From Prochlorococcus sp. AG-459-N19 (GTDB lineage: Bacteria; Cyanobacteriota; Cyanobacteriia; PCC-6307; Cyanobiaceae), in the NCBI GenBank assembly GCA_003209375.1, contig QCRF01000005.1, positions 5,601 through 69,600 of the forward strand: a stretch of 64,000 nucleotides of DNA, in the 5' to 3' direction. A model generated the notes under the pieces. It searched no databases. It worked only from the letters and a program-made list of their open reading frames with translations, and was not told the origin of the DNA. The translations under genes and the position numbers were made by a program. Positions 42,368 to 52,478 of this stretch are shown here, one piece after another (within the stretch, counting starts at the first letter, position 1; the number at the start of each line of letters is the position of its first letter).

Positions 42368-44776
42368 TTAACTTACATAACGAATTGGAGCTAATCTGGG
42401 ATCTATAATTTTACTTCCTTTATCTCCAAACTTTACTGCTAGAGATATTTTTTCCCCGCTCCCAAAAATATGTATGATTTCACCTTTCCCAAATTTTGAG
42501 TGAATTAGCTTATCTCCAACTATCCAGCTTTTACCTTTACTTGGTCCTGAATATAATTTCCTTACTGCATTTATTGGTTTGTTCACGAATTCATTTGGGT
42601 TGTTTCGATCAACTCTTGTTAAACGATCAAGATGCCAATCTCTTCTAATTGAAGCACCACCAGTTTGTGGTAATTCGCCATCCATTAAGTCTTCAGGTAT
42701 TTCTGAGAGAAATATTGAAGGAATTGTTGCTTCACGCATTCCACCCCATAATCTTCTTTCTCTGGCATGACTCAAGAAAACTCTTTCTTTGGCTCTAGTA
42801 ATCCCTACGTAGCATAATCTTCTTTCCTCTTCAAGAAGTGAGGGGGTATCTATTGATCTATGGCTCGGGAAGAGACCTTGTTCTAGTCCAGTTATAAAGA
42901 CATTTTGAAATTCTAAACCCTTACTATTGTGCAGAGTCATAAGAGTTACAGAGTTCGGATTATTCTTCTTCGTATCATTATCAGTTGTTAAGGCTGCTGT
43001 AGAAAGAAATCCTTCTACATCTCCACTTTCTGTTTCTTCTTCATATTGAGTAGCTGCATTTATTAGTTCTTGTAAGTTATTTCTTCTATCTTCAGATTCT
43101 TCAGTCCCACTAGCTAGCAAGTCACTTAAATAACCACTTTTTTCTAAGATTAGTTGTAATAGTTGAGCAGGGCCTGCATTTTCTAGATAACAAAGTAGAT
43201 CATTCATAACATCAGTAAATTTATTAATTCCTTTGGATGACCTGCCTATTGTTTCTTCAAGACTTTGCTTATCATTAAGAACCTCCCATAATGGAATATT
43301 TAACCTGTTAGATAGTTCATTAAGTTTTTGAATAGTAGTCTTACCAATCCCTCTTCTAGGAACATTTATTATACGCAAAAGACTAACATTATCTGAAGAA
43401 TTAACCAGAACTTTCAAATATGCTATTGCATCTTTAATTTCTCTTCTATCGTAAAAACGCAATCCTCCGAAAATTGTATAAGGAATGCGCCACCTCACAA
43501 GAGATTCTTCTAATACCCTAGATTGAGCTCTTGTTCGATATAAGATTGCAAAATTTTTCCAAATTGGGTTTTGATTATAATTATTGAGCGATTTTATTTT
43601 ATTGGTAATTGCTTCTGCCTCAGAAATTTCATCATCACAGCTGAGTAACGTTAAAAGCTCCCCTTTTGCTTTAGTAGCCCTTAAAACTTTCTCAATTCTT
43701 TCAGAGTTGTTTTCAATTAATGAGTTTGCAGCATCAAGAATATTAGAAGATGACCTATAATTTTCTTCTAATTTAATTAAACATGATTCTGTATCGTCAT
43801 TAAATGCAGTTTTAAAATCTTCTTGAAAACCAATTAGAATTCTAAAGTCAGCTGCTCTGAAACTATAAATACTTTGATCAGCATCCCCCACTACAAAAAT
43901 TGAACGATCTCCCCAATTAAAGAATTTTTTTGGTTCAGTATTCCCGGCAGTAATTAATTTTATAAGTTCATATTGTGTTCTATTTGTATCTTGATATTCG
44001 TCAACTAGAACATGTTTAAATCTTTTGTGCCAGTAATCTCGGACTACTTCATTTTGCCTCAATAAGAAAACAGGCAAAAGTAGAAGATCATCAAAATCTA
44101 AAGAATTATTTTTTGAAAGTGAAATTCTATATCTCTTGTAGGCTTCTGCGACTGTTTTATCAAAATTATTATCTGCTTTTTCTAGAAGATCATTCGAAGT
44201 TAGGCATTGATTCTTAGCATTACTTATTAATCTTTTAATCTTTTTGGGATCATATCTTTTGGGATCAAGATTCATATCTTGAGTGATAATTTCTTTTACT
44301 AATGTTTGAGAATCTGTTTCATCATAAATTGAAAATTGTCTTGTCCATTTTAATCCTTCTGGGTCATTATATTTTTCAATATCAAATCTAAGAAGTCTTG
44401 AAAATAAAGAATGAAAAGTACCTATCCAAAGATTTTGAAGTCTCTCTTGATGAACGTTTGTTCTTAATTGATTTTGCTCAATTTCTTTGAGAGTTGACCA
44501 TGGCTGACCAAATTGATTAAAAGCTAATTCTTGTGCGAGAAGAACTTCTAACCTTGCTTTCATTTCTTTAGCAGCTTTATTAGTAAAAGTTACCGCAAGA
44601 ATGTTATAAGGATCTATAGAGTTACCTTCAATAAGGTTTGCAATTCTGTGGGTTAGAGCTTTTGTCTTCCCGCTGCCTGCACCTGCTACAACTAAAAGTG
44701 GTCCATAAACATGCTTTACTGCTTGAAGTTGTTCATTGTTTAGAGAATTAAAAAGGAAATTGTTAGTTTGAGACAC
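42368..44776 (-). CDS. uvrD: UvrD/PcrA DNA helicase
   Basis: AGAGSGKT, TFTNKAA, VDEYQDTN, VGDADQSIYSFR, ENYRS, HNSKGLEF, EERRLCYVGITRA; Tudor-like C-terminus. Confidence 0.96.
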   Translation of the reverse strand: MSQTNNFLFNSLNNEQLQAVKHVYGPLLVVAGAGSGKTKALTHRIANLIEGNSIDPYNILAVTFTNKAAKEMKARLEVLLAQELAFNQFGQPWSTLKEIEQNQLRTNVHQERLQNLWIGTFHSLFSRLLRFDIEKYNDPEGLKWTRQFSIYDETDSQTLVKEIITQDMNLDPKRYDPKKIKRLISNAKNQCLTSNDLLEKADNNFDKTVAEAYKRYRISLSKNNSLDFDDLLLLPVFLLRQNEVVRDYWHKRFKHVLVDEYQDTNRTQYELIKLITAGNTEPKKFFNWGDRSIFVVGDADQSIYSFRAADFRILIGFQEDFKTAFNDDTESCLIKLEENYRSSSNILDAANSLIENNSERIEKVLRATKAKGELLTLLSCDDEISEAEAITNKIKSLNNYNQNPIWKNFAILYRTRAQSRVLEESLVRWRIPYTIFGGLRFYDRREIKDAIAYLKVLVNSSDNVSLLRIINVPRRGIGKTTIQKLNELSNRLNIPLWEVLNDKQSLEETIGRSSKGINKFTDVMNDLLCYLENAGPAQLLQLILEKSGYLSDLLASGTEESEDRRNNLQELINAATQYEEETESGDVEGFLSTAALTTDNDTKKNNPNSVTLMTLHNSKGLEFQNVFITGLEQGLFPSHRSIDTPSLLEEERRLCYVGITRAKERVFLSHARERRLWGGMREATIPSIFLSEIPEDLMDGELPQTGGASIRRDWHLDRLTRVDRNNPNEFVNKPINAVRKLYSGPSKGKSWIVGDKLIHSKFGKGEIIHIFGSGEKISLAVKFGDKGSKIIDPRLAPIRYVS

Positions 44777-44798
44777 TTTTGTAAGGTTTTTTCAAGAG

Positions 44799-45005
44799 TC
44801 AGACTTTACTATGAGGTTCAGATTCCGCTTCAAGCTGTTCTAAAGCTTTCTTTAAGTTAATGAGTTCATTATTGTTATTAATTATTTCTTCAAATTTGTT
44901 TTGAGGCATTCTTAATTTCATACTTCTTTCAAAAATCTCTTTTTCTAATCTTTTTTTATAAGAAGAAATAATTTTCTTTGATAACTTTAAATCTTGCTGA
45001 TCCAA
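44799..45005 (-). CDS. Hypothetical protein (68 aa, helical)
   Basis: TTG-start ORF filling the gap, co-oriented with uvrD; charged amphipathic sequence. Confidence 0.6.
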   Translation of the reverse strand: MDQQDLKLSKKIISSYKKRLEKEIFERSMKLRMPQNKFEEIINNNNELINLKKALEQLEAESEPHSKV

Positions 45006-45183
45006 AATCTTATTAGAAAGGTATTTTTATTTTAGCGGAAAAAAATTTTTTATTAAAATTATTTCATCTATCACTTTGGAATGAAGTTATTAATTAAGAA
45101 GCGTTGCATTAATTTTATAATTGTATTGTTTTTACTAACTTTATATTAATCTTAAAATCTAACTTTAAATTTTTACTTCAGGA

Positions 45184-45696
45184 ATGTCAGTTTCAAAGAA
45201 TAATCAACTATTGTCATCCGATAAGAAATTAAATGATTTAAGCAATATAAAAGAATTTATTAATAGAGCAAATTCAAGATTAGATGCAATAACTTCAATA
45301 ACCAATAATTCACATGCAATCGCAGCAGACGCAGTAACAGCAATGATTTGCGAAAATCAAGATTCACTTAATTCAAAAGTATCTTTAAATACAACTAACA
45401 AGATGTCAGTTTGTTTAAGAGATGGAGAAATAATCCTAAGGATTATTGCGTATCTTTTAATTTCTAATGATGAATCAGTTTTAGAAAAAAGTTGTTTGAA
45501 GGATCTTAAAAATACTTATCTTGCTCTTGGGGTGCCTTTAAGAAATGCAAGAAGGGTTTTTGAATTAATGCGAGATGCAACAGTCTCCGATTTGAATTCA
45601 ACAGTTAATAATATGCGTGGAAACAAAGGCTTTCTTCCTAAATTAATATCTGAAACAGAGTTTCAATTTGAAAGGATAATTAATCTATTAAACTAG
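45184..45696 (+). CDS. cpeB: Degenerate phycoerythrin beta subunit
   Basis: [43 protein letters not shown]; no cpeA adjacent. Confidence 0.94.
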   Translation: MSVSKNNQLLSSDKKLNDLSNIKEFINRANSRLDAITSITNNSHAIAADAVTAMICENQDSLNSKVSLNTTNKMSVCLRDGEIILRIIAYLLISNDESVLEKSCLKDLKNTYLALGVPLRNARRVFELMRDATVSDLNSTVNNMRGNKGFLPKLISETEFQFERIINLLN

Positions 45697-46231
45697 CTAA
45701 ATTCCTTATCTCTGAAGTATGGGAAGTCTGTATTACTGAGTTATTTTCCAGATTTCTAATAGTAGAAAATCTGGATCTTATATGAGTGGATAAAAAGGAA
45801 ATTCTTTCTTCGGAAATTGTTGATTTATAAATAGTTTTAATTTGTAAATTATTTTGTTCATCAACAAAATAATTGGATGATGAAATTAAGGATTCTGTAT
45901 AACCTTTATTTCTTAAAACAATTCCTGAATAATCATCCGTGGGTAAAAATATCAAAATAGTTTCATCTCCCTCACTCATATCATTTTCTTCCCAATCACT
46001 GATAGCCTGCCATTTTATAGAAATGGCTATGCTCTCTAGGTTTAAACTTAACTTGTAATTTTCAAAAATTTCAATAACTTTTTTATTTTTTGAGTTGATA
46101 TGTTTTATATATATTTTACTAGTTGTGTTTTCAAATTCCTGAAAAGCTAAAGTATGAGTACTTCTTATGGATTTCCACTCTCCTATACTTTTATCAATGA
46201 ATTGATTAATTGTTGTTAGATTCTTCGTCAA
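45680..46231 (-). CDS. cpeS: S-type phycobiliprotein lyase
   Basis: F...[36 protein letters not shown]. Confidence 0.92.
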   Translation of the reverse strand: MTKNLTTINQFIDKSIGEWKSIRSTHTLAFQEFENTTSKIYIKHINSKNKKVIEIFENYKLSLNLESIAISIKWQAISDWEENDMSEGDETILIFLPTDDYSGIVLRNKGYTESLISSSNYFVDEQNNLQIKTIYKSTISEERISFLSTHIRSRFSTIRNLENNSVIQTSHTSEIRNLASLID

Positions 46232-46385
46232 GTTTATCTTCTACGGAATGATTTTCTGCTTTTTGAATCATTCTTACCATTGAATCGACCATTAATCTCT
46301 TTGCAGAAGTTACTTTTAATCCAGAAGGAGTGGTTGATATTTGTTCTCCAGGGCGATCATGTGAAGTTGGTCTAAATGGAGTCAT
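46206..46385 (-). CDS. Hypothetical protein (59 aa) overlapping cpeS start
   Basis: Manual translation: [59 protein letters not shown]. Confidence 0.7.
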   Translation of the reverse strand: MTPFRPTSHDRPGEQISTTPSGLKVTSAKRLMVDSMVRMIQKAENHSVEDKLDEESNNN

Positions 46386-46502
46386 CTAAGAACTTTAAAA
46401 AATTAATCGATTACTATTCTTGCATGAATTCTTATTCATATAGTTTTTGTTTGCAAAAATGTCATATCTCTATTTTTGATTTCAGAATTTTTAACTGTTT
46501 TG

Positions 46503-47138
46503 TTATTGAGGAATTTTATTTTTTGCTAATCCTGAAATAGTTGCTAATGCAAACATTCCCAAAAGAGCTACTCCTAGAAATAATCCTGCTCCCTGACTAA
46601 CACCAGCTCCTACAGCTACTAATATAGAATCACTTATTAGAAGACTTATCAATAGTGCAGGAGTAAATATTTTCCAGCGAGTTCCTCCAATACCAATTGC
46701 GTAGCTTAGAAAATCAAAAAGGCCAGTCATAAGTAGACCTGTCATGAGAAAGAAATTTTCTTCGAGTTGGTTTTGATTAAAACTTTCAATTTTTTTCATC
46801 GCTTTGGGGCCTACCAAATTCCTTACAGGGACTCGCCCATAATTTCTTGCGATAAAGAAAGCAGCTTGGCAAAAAACGATATCAGAAAAGATTATTGTCA
46901 TGTAGCCTTTTTGAAATCCTAATAGTGAACCTGCTAGTAGAGAGTAAGCTGAACTTGGAAGAGCTGGTAAAATAATACTTACTCCTCTAAGTATGAAAAT
47001 TCCAAAAGGAGCCCAAATTCCCATACTTTCTATTTTGTTCCTAAGGGGTTCAATCCCATAATTTTGGATTAAATAAATCAATGCAACAAATATTGCGATA
47101 AAAAAAACTACTGAAAGAAATTTCTGTATTTTATTCAT
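46503..47138 (-). CDS. TVP38/TMEM64 (DedA/VTT domain) membrane protein
   Basis: G.WAP, PALPS..Y...AG.L.G, FFIARNYGR, FDFLSYAIG. Confidence 0.88.
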   Translation of the reverse strand: MNKIQKFLSVVFFIAIFVALIYLIQNYGIEPLRNKIESMGIWAPFGIFILRGVSIILPALPSSAYSLLAGSLLGFQKGYMTIIFSDIVFCQAAFFIARNYGRVPVRNLVGPKAMKKIESFNQNQLEENFFLMTGLLMTGLFDFLSYAIGIGGTRWKIFTPALLISLLISDSILVAVGAGVSQGAGLFLGVALLGMFALATISGLAKNKIPQ

Positions 47139-47285
47139 TATTTTTTAGTAAATTTATTGGAAGTAAATTCTTAATTTAATATTTGATTGTATCTATAATA
47201 GAAATACTAATCAATAAAAATTTTTACAAATTTTTAATCTTATATTTACTCCCGATAAATGATTTTTGTATTTCACACTTAATTA

Positions 47286-47705
47286 ATGGTTAATTCTAAG
47301 AATAAAATTAATTCAATATTTATCCGAAATAGCTTTGGTTTAGTCCTTTCGATAATAGTTTCCTTGAGTATCTCTTTAAAACAATCAAATGCTTTGTCTC
47401 ATGAATGGGTTGGAGTTCCTAAAAGTGAATATGGAGAACAGTTATGGGATAGACAAAGTATTAAAAGAAATGAGGATGGTTCTCTGAGAGTATTGAGTAA
47501 ATTTATTCCTAAAACAAAAAGTGAAATTACTAAGGATATACTCTATACAATGGATATAAATTGTTTTGAAAAATCATTTAGAGACGTTGATGTCTCCATA
47601 GATGAAATAAATAGTAATTTCAATGTTTTGGCTGATTGGCAAGATCCAGATGGAGATAAACTGATTTTGGGTGTTATTGGTCAAGTCTGCAGAGTTGAAA
47701 ACTAA
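47286..47705 (+). CDS. Exported hypothetical protein (surface-adhesin-E-like pattern)
   Basis: Signal-peptide-like N-terminus; W..V...YG.Q.WD..SI, Y.M.INC and C-terminal VC (likely disulfide). Confidence 0.65.
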   Translation: MVNSKNKINSIFIRNSFGLVLSIIVSLSISLKQSNALSHEWVGVPKSEYGEQLWDRQSIKRNEDGSLRVLSKFIPKTKSEITKDILYTMDINCFEKSFRDVDVSIDEINSNFNVLADWQDPDGDKLILGVIGQVCRVEN

Positions 47706-47762
47706 AAATTACGAATTTTAAAATAAGATAAAGAATAAAGTTTCTACATGCCTAGAAAATAC

Positions 47763-47787
47763 AAAACCCCGTCATAGACAGGGTTTT
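47763..47787 (-). terminator. Terminator after tRNA-Phe (possibly bidirectional)
   Basis: AAAACCCTGTC-TAT-GACGGGGTTTT hairpin on the minus strand. Confidence 0.75.
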
Positions 47788-47792
47788 AAAGG

Positions 47793-47865
47793 TGCCAGGA
47801 CCCAGATTTGAACTGGGGACACGGCGATTTTCAGTCGCCTGCTCTACCAACTGAGCTATCCCGGC
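47793..47865 (-). tRNA. tRNA-Phe (GAA)
   Basis: GCCGGGATAGCTCAGTTGGTAGAGCAGGCGACTGAAAATCGCCGTGTCCCCAGTTCAAATCTGGGTCCTGGCA followed by CC then T. Confidence 0.97.
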
Positions 47866-47956
47866 TCTAATCTATATACTCTAAATTACGATGTGTAGTT
47901 TGTGAAACCCTTTTCATTAAAAATTTCATATCTTCATCAAATATCCCCAAAAACTA

Positions 47957-49186
47957 TTATTTTGCATTAAAAGCTAATAAGGCAGTGCCAAATGAAGTAG
48001 TTTTTTTACATGAAACTATTGGTATATTGATAATTTTTTCTCTTATTTTCCTCCATTGTGGGTTTTTTGAACCTCCACCAATAGTAATAATTTTTTTTGG
48101 AAGTGATCCTGTTAGTTCGCCAAGTTTTTCCCATCCTTTCAGTTCGATCTTGGCTAAACCCTCGAATAATGCATGTAAATAAAGTGAGTCGCTTACTGGT
48201 CTTGGATCAAGTATCGGCTCTAAATTAGCATTATTTATAGGAAATCTCTCTCCTTTACTATTAAGAGGTAAAAGATTTAAAGAAGTATTTTTGGATGGAT
48301 TAATTTGTCGACTGAGCTCCTTTATTTCTAAATCAGAAAAGAACTGAGATAAGATACCGCACCCTGAATTTGATGCCCCTCCACATATCCAATCGCCGTT
48401 TACTCTATGAATTGTAATTCCTTGTTTTTTTATAGGGTTATCAATAATTTTTTTAACTACAATAGTTGTTCCTAAAACAGTGAGACCATCGTTCATATCT
48501 AAACCTGCAGCTATCAAACCTGCATTAGAGTCAGTGGTTCCTGAGATTAATATTAATTTTTTATTCAAGTTAAATCTCTCGGCTAAATCAAAATTCACTT
48601 GTCCAAGAATTTTTCCACTTTTTATTATTTGCGGTAAGCAATTTTGCCATGAAGTATTGAGATAGCTTTTTGGCCATGATTCTTTTTTTAGATCCCAACC
48701 AAGTTTTAGATTATTACCTTCTTCTCCATAAGTCCAATCTTTTAAAAACCAACCAGTGATCCAATCAGATTGATGACGTAAAAGTATATTTGTCCCATAT
48801 TCATTAATAAGTTTTAATGCTTTAGCAAGACTACTGTATGGAGTTCGGAGATGATCTTCTCCAAAAGTTAAGGATTCAAGAAGGTTCTTATTTTCGCTAC
48901 ATGCTTGGTCATAGGTTATCGCTTCTCCTAGCGGCTCTCCTTGCAAATTTGATGCTGTTAAAGTTCCTGAGGTGCCGGAGATAGCCAATTTATTGAGGTT
49001 AATTTTTACCTCAACAGGTAAACTAGTTAAGAGATTCTCACAAGAATTGATCCAAGAATTTGGATTTTTAAAGCTATATGAATAAGGTACTGAATTTGAA
49101 TATACTAATCTCTTATGAAAATTAATTATTGATATTCTTGCTCCACTGGTTCCAAAATCTAACCCTCCATAAAAATTTTCAGGCAT
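47957..49186 (-). CDS. FGGY family carbohydrate kinase (D-ribulose kinase-like)
   Basis: GLDFGTSGAR, SGTSGT, GTTDSNA, GGASN, GERFP, GGGSKN. Confidence 0.9.
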   Translation of the reverse strand: MPENFYGGLDFGTSGARISIINFHKRLVYSNSVPYSYSFKNPNSWINSCENLLTSLPVEVKINLNKLAISGTSGTLTASNLQGEPLGEAITYDQACSENKNLLESLTFGEDHLRTPYSSLAKALKLINEYGTNILLRHQSDWITGWFLKDWTYGEEGNNLKLGWDLKKESWPKSYLNTSWQNCLPQIIKSGKILGQVNFDLAERFNLNKKLILISGTTDSNAGLIAAGLDMNDGLTVLGTTIVVKKIIDNPIKKQGITIHRVNGDWICGGASNSGCGILSQFFSDLEIKELSRQINPSKNTSLNLLPLNSKGERFPINNANLEPILDPRPVSDSLYLHALFEGLAKIELKGWEKLGELTGSLPKKIITIGGGSKNPQWRKIREKIINIPIVSCKKTTSFGTALLAFNAK

Positions 49187-49201
49187 ATAAAAAATATTTT
49201 A

Positions 49202-50440
49202 TCAAAAGATCTTGGAAGCCTTTGCTAATTGGGCTGCTTTTTCTTCCACATTTTCCCATGGGAGCTCAAGATCTCTTCTGCCAAAATGTCCATAGGATGC
49301 AGTCTTTCTAAAAAATTTGCCTCCCATTTTTTTTGGTAGATTTCTTAAGTTAAATTCTTTTATTATTGCTGCAGGTCTTAAATCAAAGTGCTCTTTAATT
49401 AGCTCAGTCAAATTAGCTTGTGAAATAACACCTGTATCAAAAGTTTCCACGAGAATGGAAATTGGTTTTGCTACTCCAATTGCATAACTTAATTGTACTT
49501 CTGCTTTTTTTGCCAATTTTGCCTTAACTATGCTTTTAGCTACATAACGTGCTGCATAAGCGGCTGATCTGTCTACTTTTGTGGGATCTTTACCAGAAAA
49601 TGCCCCTCCTCCGTGTCTCGCATATCCACCATAAGTATCTACAATAATTTTTCTGCCAGTGAGCCCCGCATCTCCCTGAGGTCCTCCTACGACAAATTTT
49701 CCTGTGGGGTTTACTAAAAATCTTGTTTTGCTGATGCTTGGTCTGATTTCTAAATCTTCAGTAGCAGGAATTACAACATGCTTCCATAAATCTTCTTTAA
49801 TTCTTTGACGAATTTCTTCTTCATTTGTTACTCCATCAATCTCAGGATTATGTTGAGTTGAAATGAGTATCGTATTAATAGAGACTGGTAAACCTTTTTC
49901 GTAATCAATGCTTACTTGAGTTTTACCATCAGGGAGTAGATAATTAAGGATTTCTTCATGCCTCACTCTGGCAAGTTGAATGGCTAATCTATGAGCCAAG
50001 CTAATAGGTAAGGGCATTAATTCAGGCGTCTCATCGCATGCATAGCCAAACATTATGCCTTGGTCACCAGCTCCAGTGTTGTCTTCCAAATCATCGTTAA
50101 CATCATCTGCGTCATTTACTCCTTGAGAAATATCTGGTGATTGCTCGTCAAGTGCTACTAACACAGCACAACTATTTGCGTCAAAACCACCTGCTCTATA
50201 GCCTTCATATCCAATTTCTTTAATTACATTTCTAACAAGTTTTATGTAATCGACTTTTGCTTTTGAAGTTATTTCTCCAGTAAGTAAACAAAGACCAGTA
50301 TTAACGACAGTTTCGCACGCAACTCTGCTTTCTGGATCCTCTGTCAATAAAGCATCTAAAACAGCGTCACTTATTTGATCACATATTTTGTCAGGATGAC
50401 CCTCAGTTACGGATTCTGAAGTGAAAATGAAATCACTCAT
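49202..50440 (-). CDS. metK: S-adenosylmethionine synthetase
   Basis: [28 protein letters not shown]; ATG at 50440. Confidence 0.98.
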   Translation of the reverse strand: MSDFIFTSESVTEGHPDKICDQISDAVLDALLTEDPESRVACETVVNTGLCLLTGEITSKAKVDYIKLVRNVIKEIGYEGYRAGGFDANSCAVLVALDEQSPDISQGVNDADDVNDDLEDNTGAGDQGIMFGYACDETPELMPLPISLAHRLAIQLARVRHEEILNYLLPDGKTQVSIDYEKGLPVSINTILISTQHNPEIDGVTNEEEIRQRIKEDLWKHVVIPATEDLEIRPSISKTRFLVNPTGKFVVGGPQGDAGLTGRKIIVDTYGGYARHGGGAFSGKDPTKVDRSAAYAARYVAKSIVKAKLAKKAEVQLSYAIGVAKPISILVETFDTGVISQANLTELIKEHFDLRPAAIIKEFNLRNLPKKMGGKFFRKTASYGHFGRRDLELPWENVEEKAAQLAKASKIF

Positions 50441-50576
50441 TAACAAATAATTTTGAAATTAGACTTTATCCTAAATTACACTGTCGTTACAAATCAATTA
50501 TTGTAAATTAAATAAAACGGGCATGAGGATAAATAGGCTTAAGTTCTGATATTTGTAAACAAATAAATAAGTGAAT

Positions 50577-51668
50577 TTATACTGTTTCAGCTGAAGCTGT
50601 GGTAATCTCTTCGTTATCGTCAGTTTGTTCAAATAACATTTGTTTGTATTTCGCAGCCATTTCTTCAGCTTTACTAAAAACTTTTTGAGGGTCAGTTAGC
50701 ATATCGCCTGGTTCAGGTTCAAGTGCTTTAGTAGATAGTGAAATTCGTCCTCTTTCCGAATCAAGATCAATTATCATGACCTTCATTTGATCACTCACAT
50801 TTAAAACATTATGAGGAGTCTCAATATGTTCATGACTAATCTCAGAAATGTGCAATAGACCACTGACTCCACCAATATCGATAAAGGCTCCATAAGGTTT
50901 AATACCTTTTACAGAACCAACAACAACTTCGCCCACCTCAAGTCGGTTCATTTTTTTCTCAACCAAAGCTCTTCTGTGACTTAGTACTAATCTATTTCTC
51001 TCTTCATCAACTTCAAGAAATTTTAAAGGTAAATATTCACCCTCTAAGTCATCTTTAATTTTTCGAGCACTTATATGAGAGCCAGGGATAAAACCTCTCA
51101 AGCCCTCTACCCTAACAAGAGCTCCTCCTCTGTTTGTTGCGAAAACTTCAGAGTATATAGTTGCATCTTCTTTTTGAAGTTGTCTAACCCTTTCCCATGC
51201 TCTTTGATATTCAATTCTTCTAATGGAGAGGGCTAATTGGCCATCTTCATTTTCTTCGCTCATTATAAAAAATTCTCTACTTTCTGAAGGCTGTAAAACA
51301 TCATTAAGTCCTTCAACTCTATTTATTGAAACCTCCTGAACAGGCATAAAAGCAGCTGTTTTTGCGCCTATATCTATCATGGCCCCTTTGGGCTCTAGAG
51401 CAAAAACAGTACCTTTTACAAGATCGCCAGGCTTAAAATTATAGTCATATTTACCCAAAAGTGATGCAAATTCTTCTTGTGTGAATCCAGCGTTGTCAAA
51501 ATCCGCATTTGTCCTGCTAGAGGAAGCATCTGCCGAAGGAATATCACTCTTTTCGAATGATAAATCTTCCTCATTATGTGATGCTGAATTATCATCTAAC
51601 TCAGACGAATTTTTAATTTCTTGATTCTCAGAAAGTTCTTTAATGGTTTGTGAAGAATTCTCGTTCAT
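50577..51668 (-). CDS. rpsA: 30S ribosomal protein S1 (cyanobacterial three-domain type)
   Basis: Three S1 repeats (DIGAKTAAFMP, GLRGFIPGSH, GVSGLLHISEIS). Confidence 0.95.
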   Translation of the reverse strand: MNENSSQTIKELSENQEIKNSSELDDNSASHNEEDLSFEKSDIPSADASSSRTNADFDNAGFTQEEFASLLGKYDYNFKPGDLVKGTVFALEPKGAMIDIGAKTAAFMPVQEVSINRVEGLNDVLQPSESREFFIMSEENEDGQLALSIRRIEYQRAWERVRQLQKEDATIYSEVFATNRGGALVRVEGLRGFIPGSHISARKIKDDLEGEYLPLKFLEVDEERNRLVLSHRRALVEKKMNRLEVGEVVVGSVKGIKPYGAFIDIGGVSGLLHISEISHEHIETPHNVLNVSDQMKVMIIDLDSERGRISLSTKALEPEPGDMLTDPQKVFSKAEEMAAKYKQMLFEQTDDNEEITTASAETV

Positions 51669-51682
51669 TTGTTGTATCGCAG

Positions 51683-51733
51683 ACTACCTAAGGTAGTTAG
51701 AAAGGTATGCTACTAGCCTGCAAACTAGTAGCA
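51683..51733 (-). promoter_or_regulatory. Structured rps1 leader (candidate cyano-S1 RNA motif)
   Basis: Hairpins TGCTACTAG-N8-CTAGTAGCA (51708-51733) and ACTACC-TTA-GGTAGT (51683-51697); TAGAAT -10 at 51753-51758. Confidence 0.65.
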
Positions 51734-51777
51734 AAAAACATTTGTGATATGTATTCTACACTTTAAGATGCTGAATT

Positions 51778-52258
51778 TTATGAAATTGAAGCTAATTGGT
51801 TTTTTGAACTTCCTTTTAGAGATTCAAGAGTAGAAATAAAATCTTTTACCCCATTAAATTTTCTGTAAACTGAGGCGTATCTTATATAGGCGACTTCGTT
51901 TTCTTTCCTAAGATTTTTAAGTATTAATTCTCCGATATGTGAAGACTTAATATCTTTATTAGAGTCTTGAACGATTTGTGATTCAATTCCATCTACGAAA
52001 TTAATAATTGCTTCACTACTGAAGTTAGTTTTTTCGCAAGCTCTTGATATACCAGTAAATAATTTTTGTTTATCAAATAATTCTCTGCCACCGTCTTTTT
52101 TTTATAACTGAAACTGGCATTGATTCCACTCTTTCATAGGTTGTAAATCTAAAGCTGCAACTTAAGCACTCTCTTCTTCTACGAACACTTTTACCATTAT
52201 CAGCAGATCTTGATTCCAAAACTCTGCTGTCTGTGTTTTGACAGGTTGGACACTGCAT
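51778..52258 (-). CDS. nrdR: Transcriptional repressor NrdR, frameshifted by one extra A (likely sequence error, otherwise pseudogene)
   Basis: MQCPTC...[15 protein letters not shown]...VIKK, then in the shifted frame [12 protein letters not shown]...[11 protein letters not shown]...QLASIS; span is 481 nt = 3n+1; T8 run at 52096-52103. Confidence 0.92.
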
Positions 52259-52318
52259 GTGGTGAAATAAGCTGCACTTCAACTCTAATAGTAGAGTAAT
52301 ATTTTAATTATGAAAAGT

Positions 52319-52350
52319 AAAAAACCTCTTGTTAAAGAGGTTTTTTTTTT
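52319..52350. terminator. Intrinsic terminator after psbB-psbT
   Basis: AAAAAACCTCTT-GTTA-AAGAGGTTTTTTTTTT; A/T runs on both sides. Confidence 0.88.
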
Positions 52351-52356
52351 CTAAGT

Positions 52357-52455
52357 TCATTTTCTATCAAATTTAGGTGGGTCTCTAAAGGCGACAGCAA
52401 AGAACAATGTAACAACTGCGAGAGTGAGAATAAGAACGTAAGCGAAAGCTTCCAT
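52357..52455 (-). CDS. psbT: Photosystem II protein T
   Basis: Manual translation: [32 protein letters not shown]. Confidence 0.96.
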   Translation of the reverse strand: MEAFAYVLILTLAVVTLFFAVAFRDPPKFDRK

Positions 52456-52478
52456 AAGATTAAGTAATAAAGTTTAGT

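Noticed and set aside
45123-45135. NtcA-like site upstream of cpeB (GTATTGTTTTTAC)
   Set aside because: Spacing is GTA-N7-TAC, not N8, in very T-rich DNA.
46503-47790. Possible integrated islet at the 3' end of tRNA-Phe
   Set aside because: No duplicated tRNA 3' end or integrase found by eye, and composition matches the flanks.
50441-50576. SAM riboswitch or OmpR-type direct repeat (TTACA-N6-TTACA at 50476-50491) upstream of metK
   Set aside because: No SAM aptamer consensus recognised; the repeat is short and its 11-bp period differs from the 10-bp HLR1 pattern.
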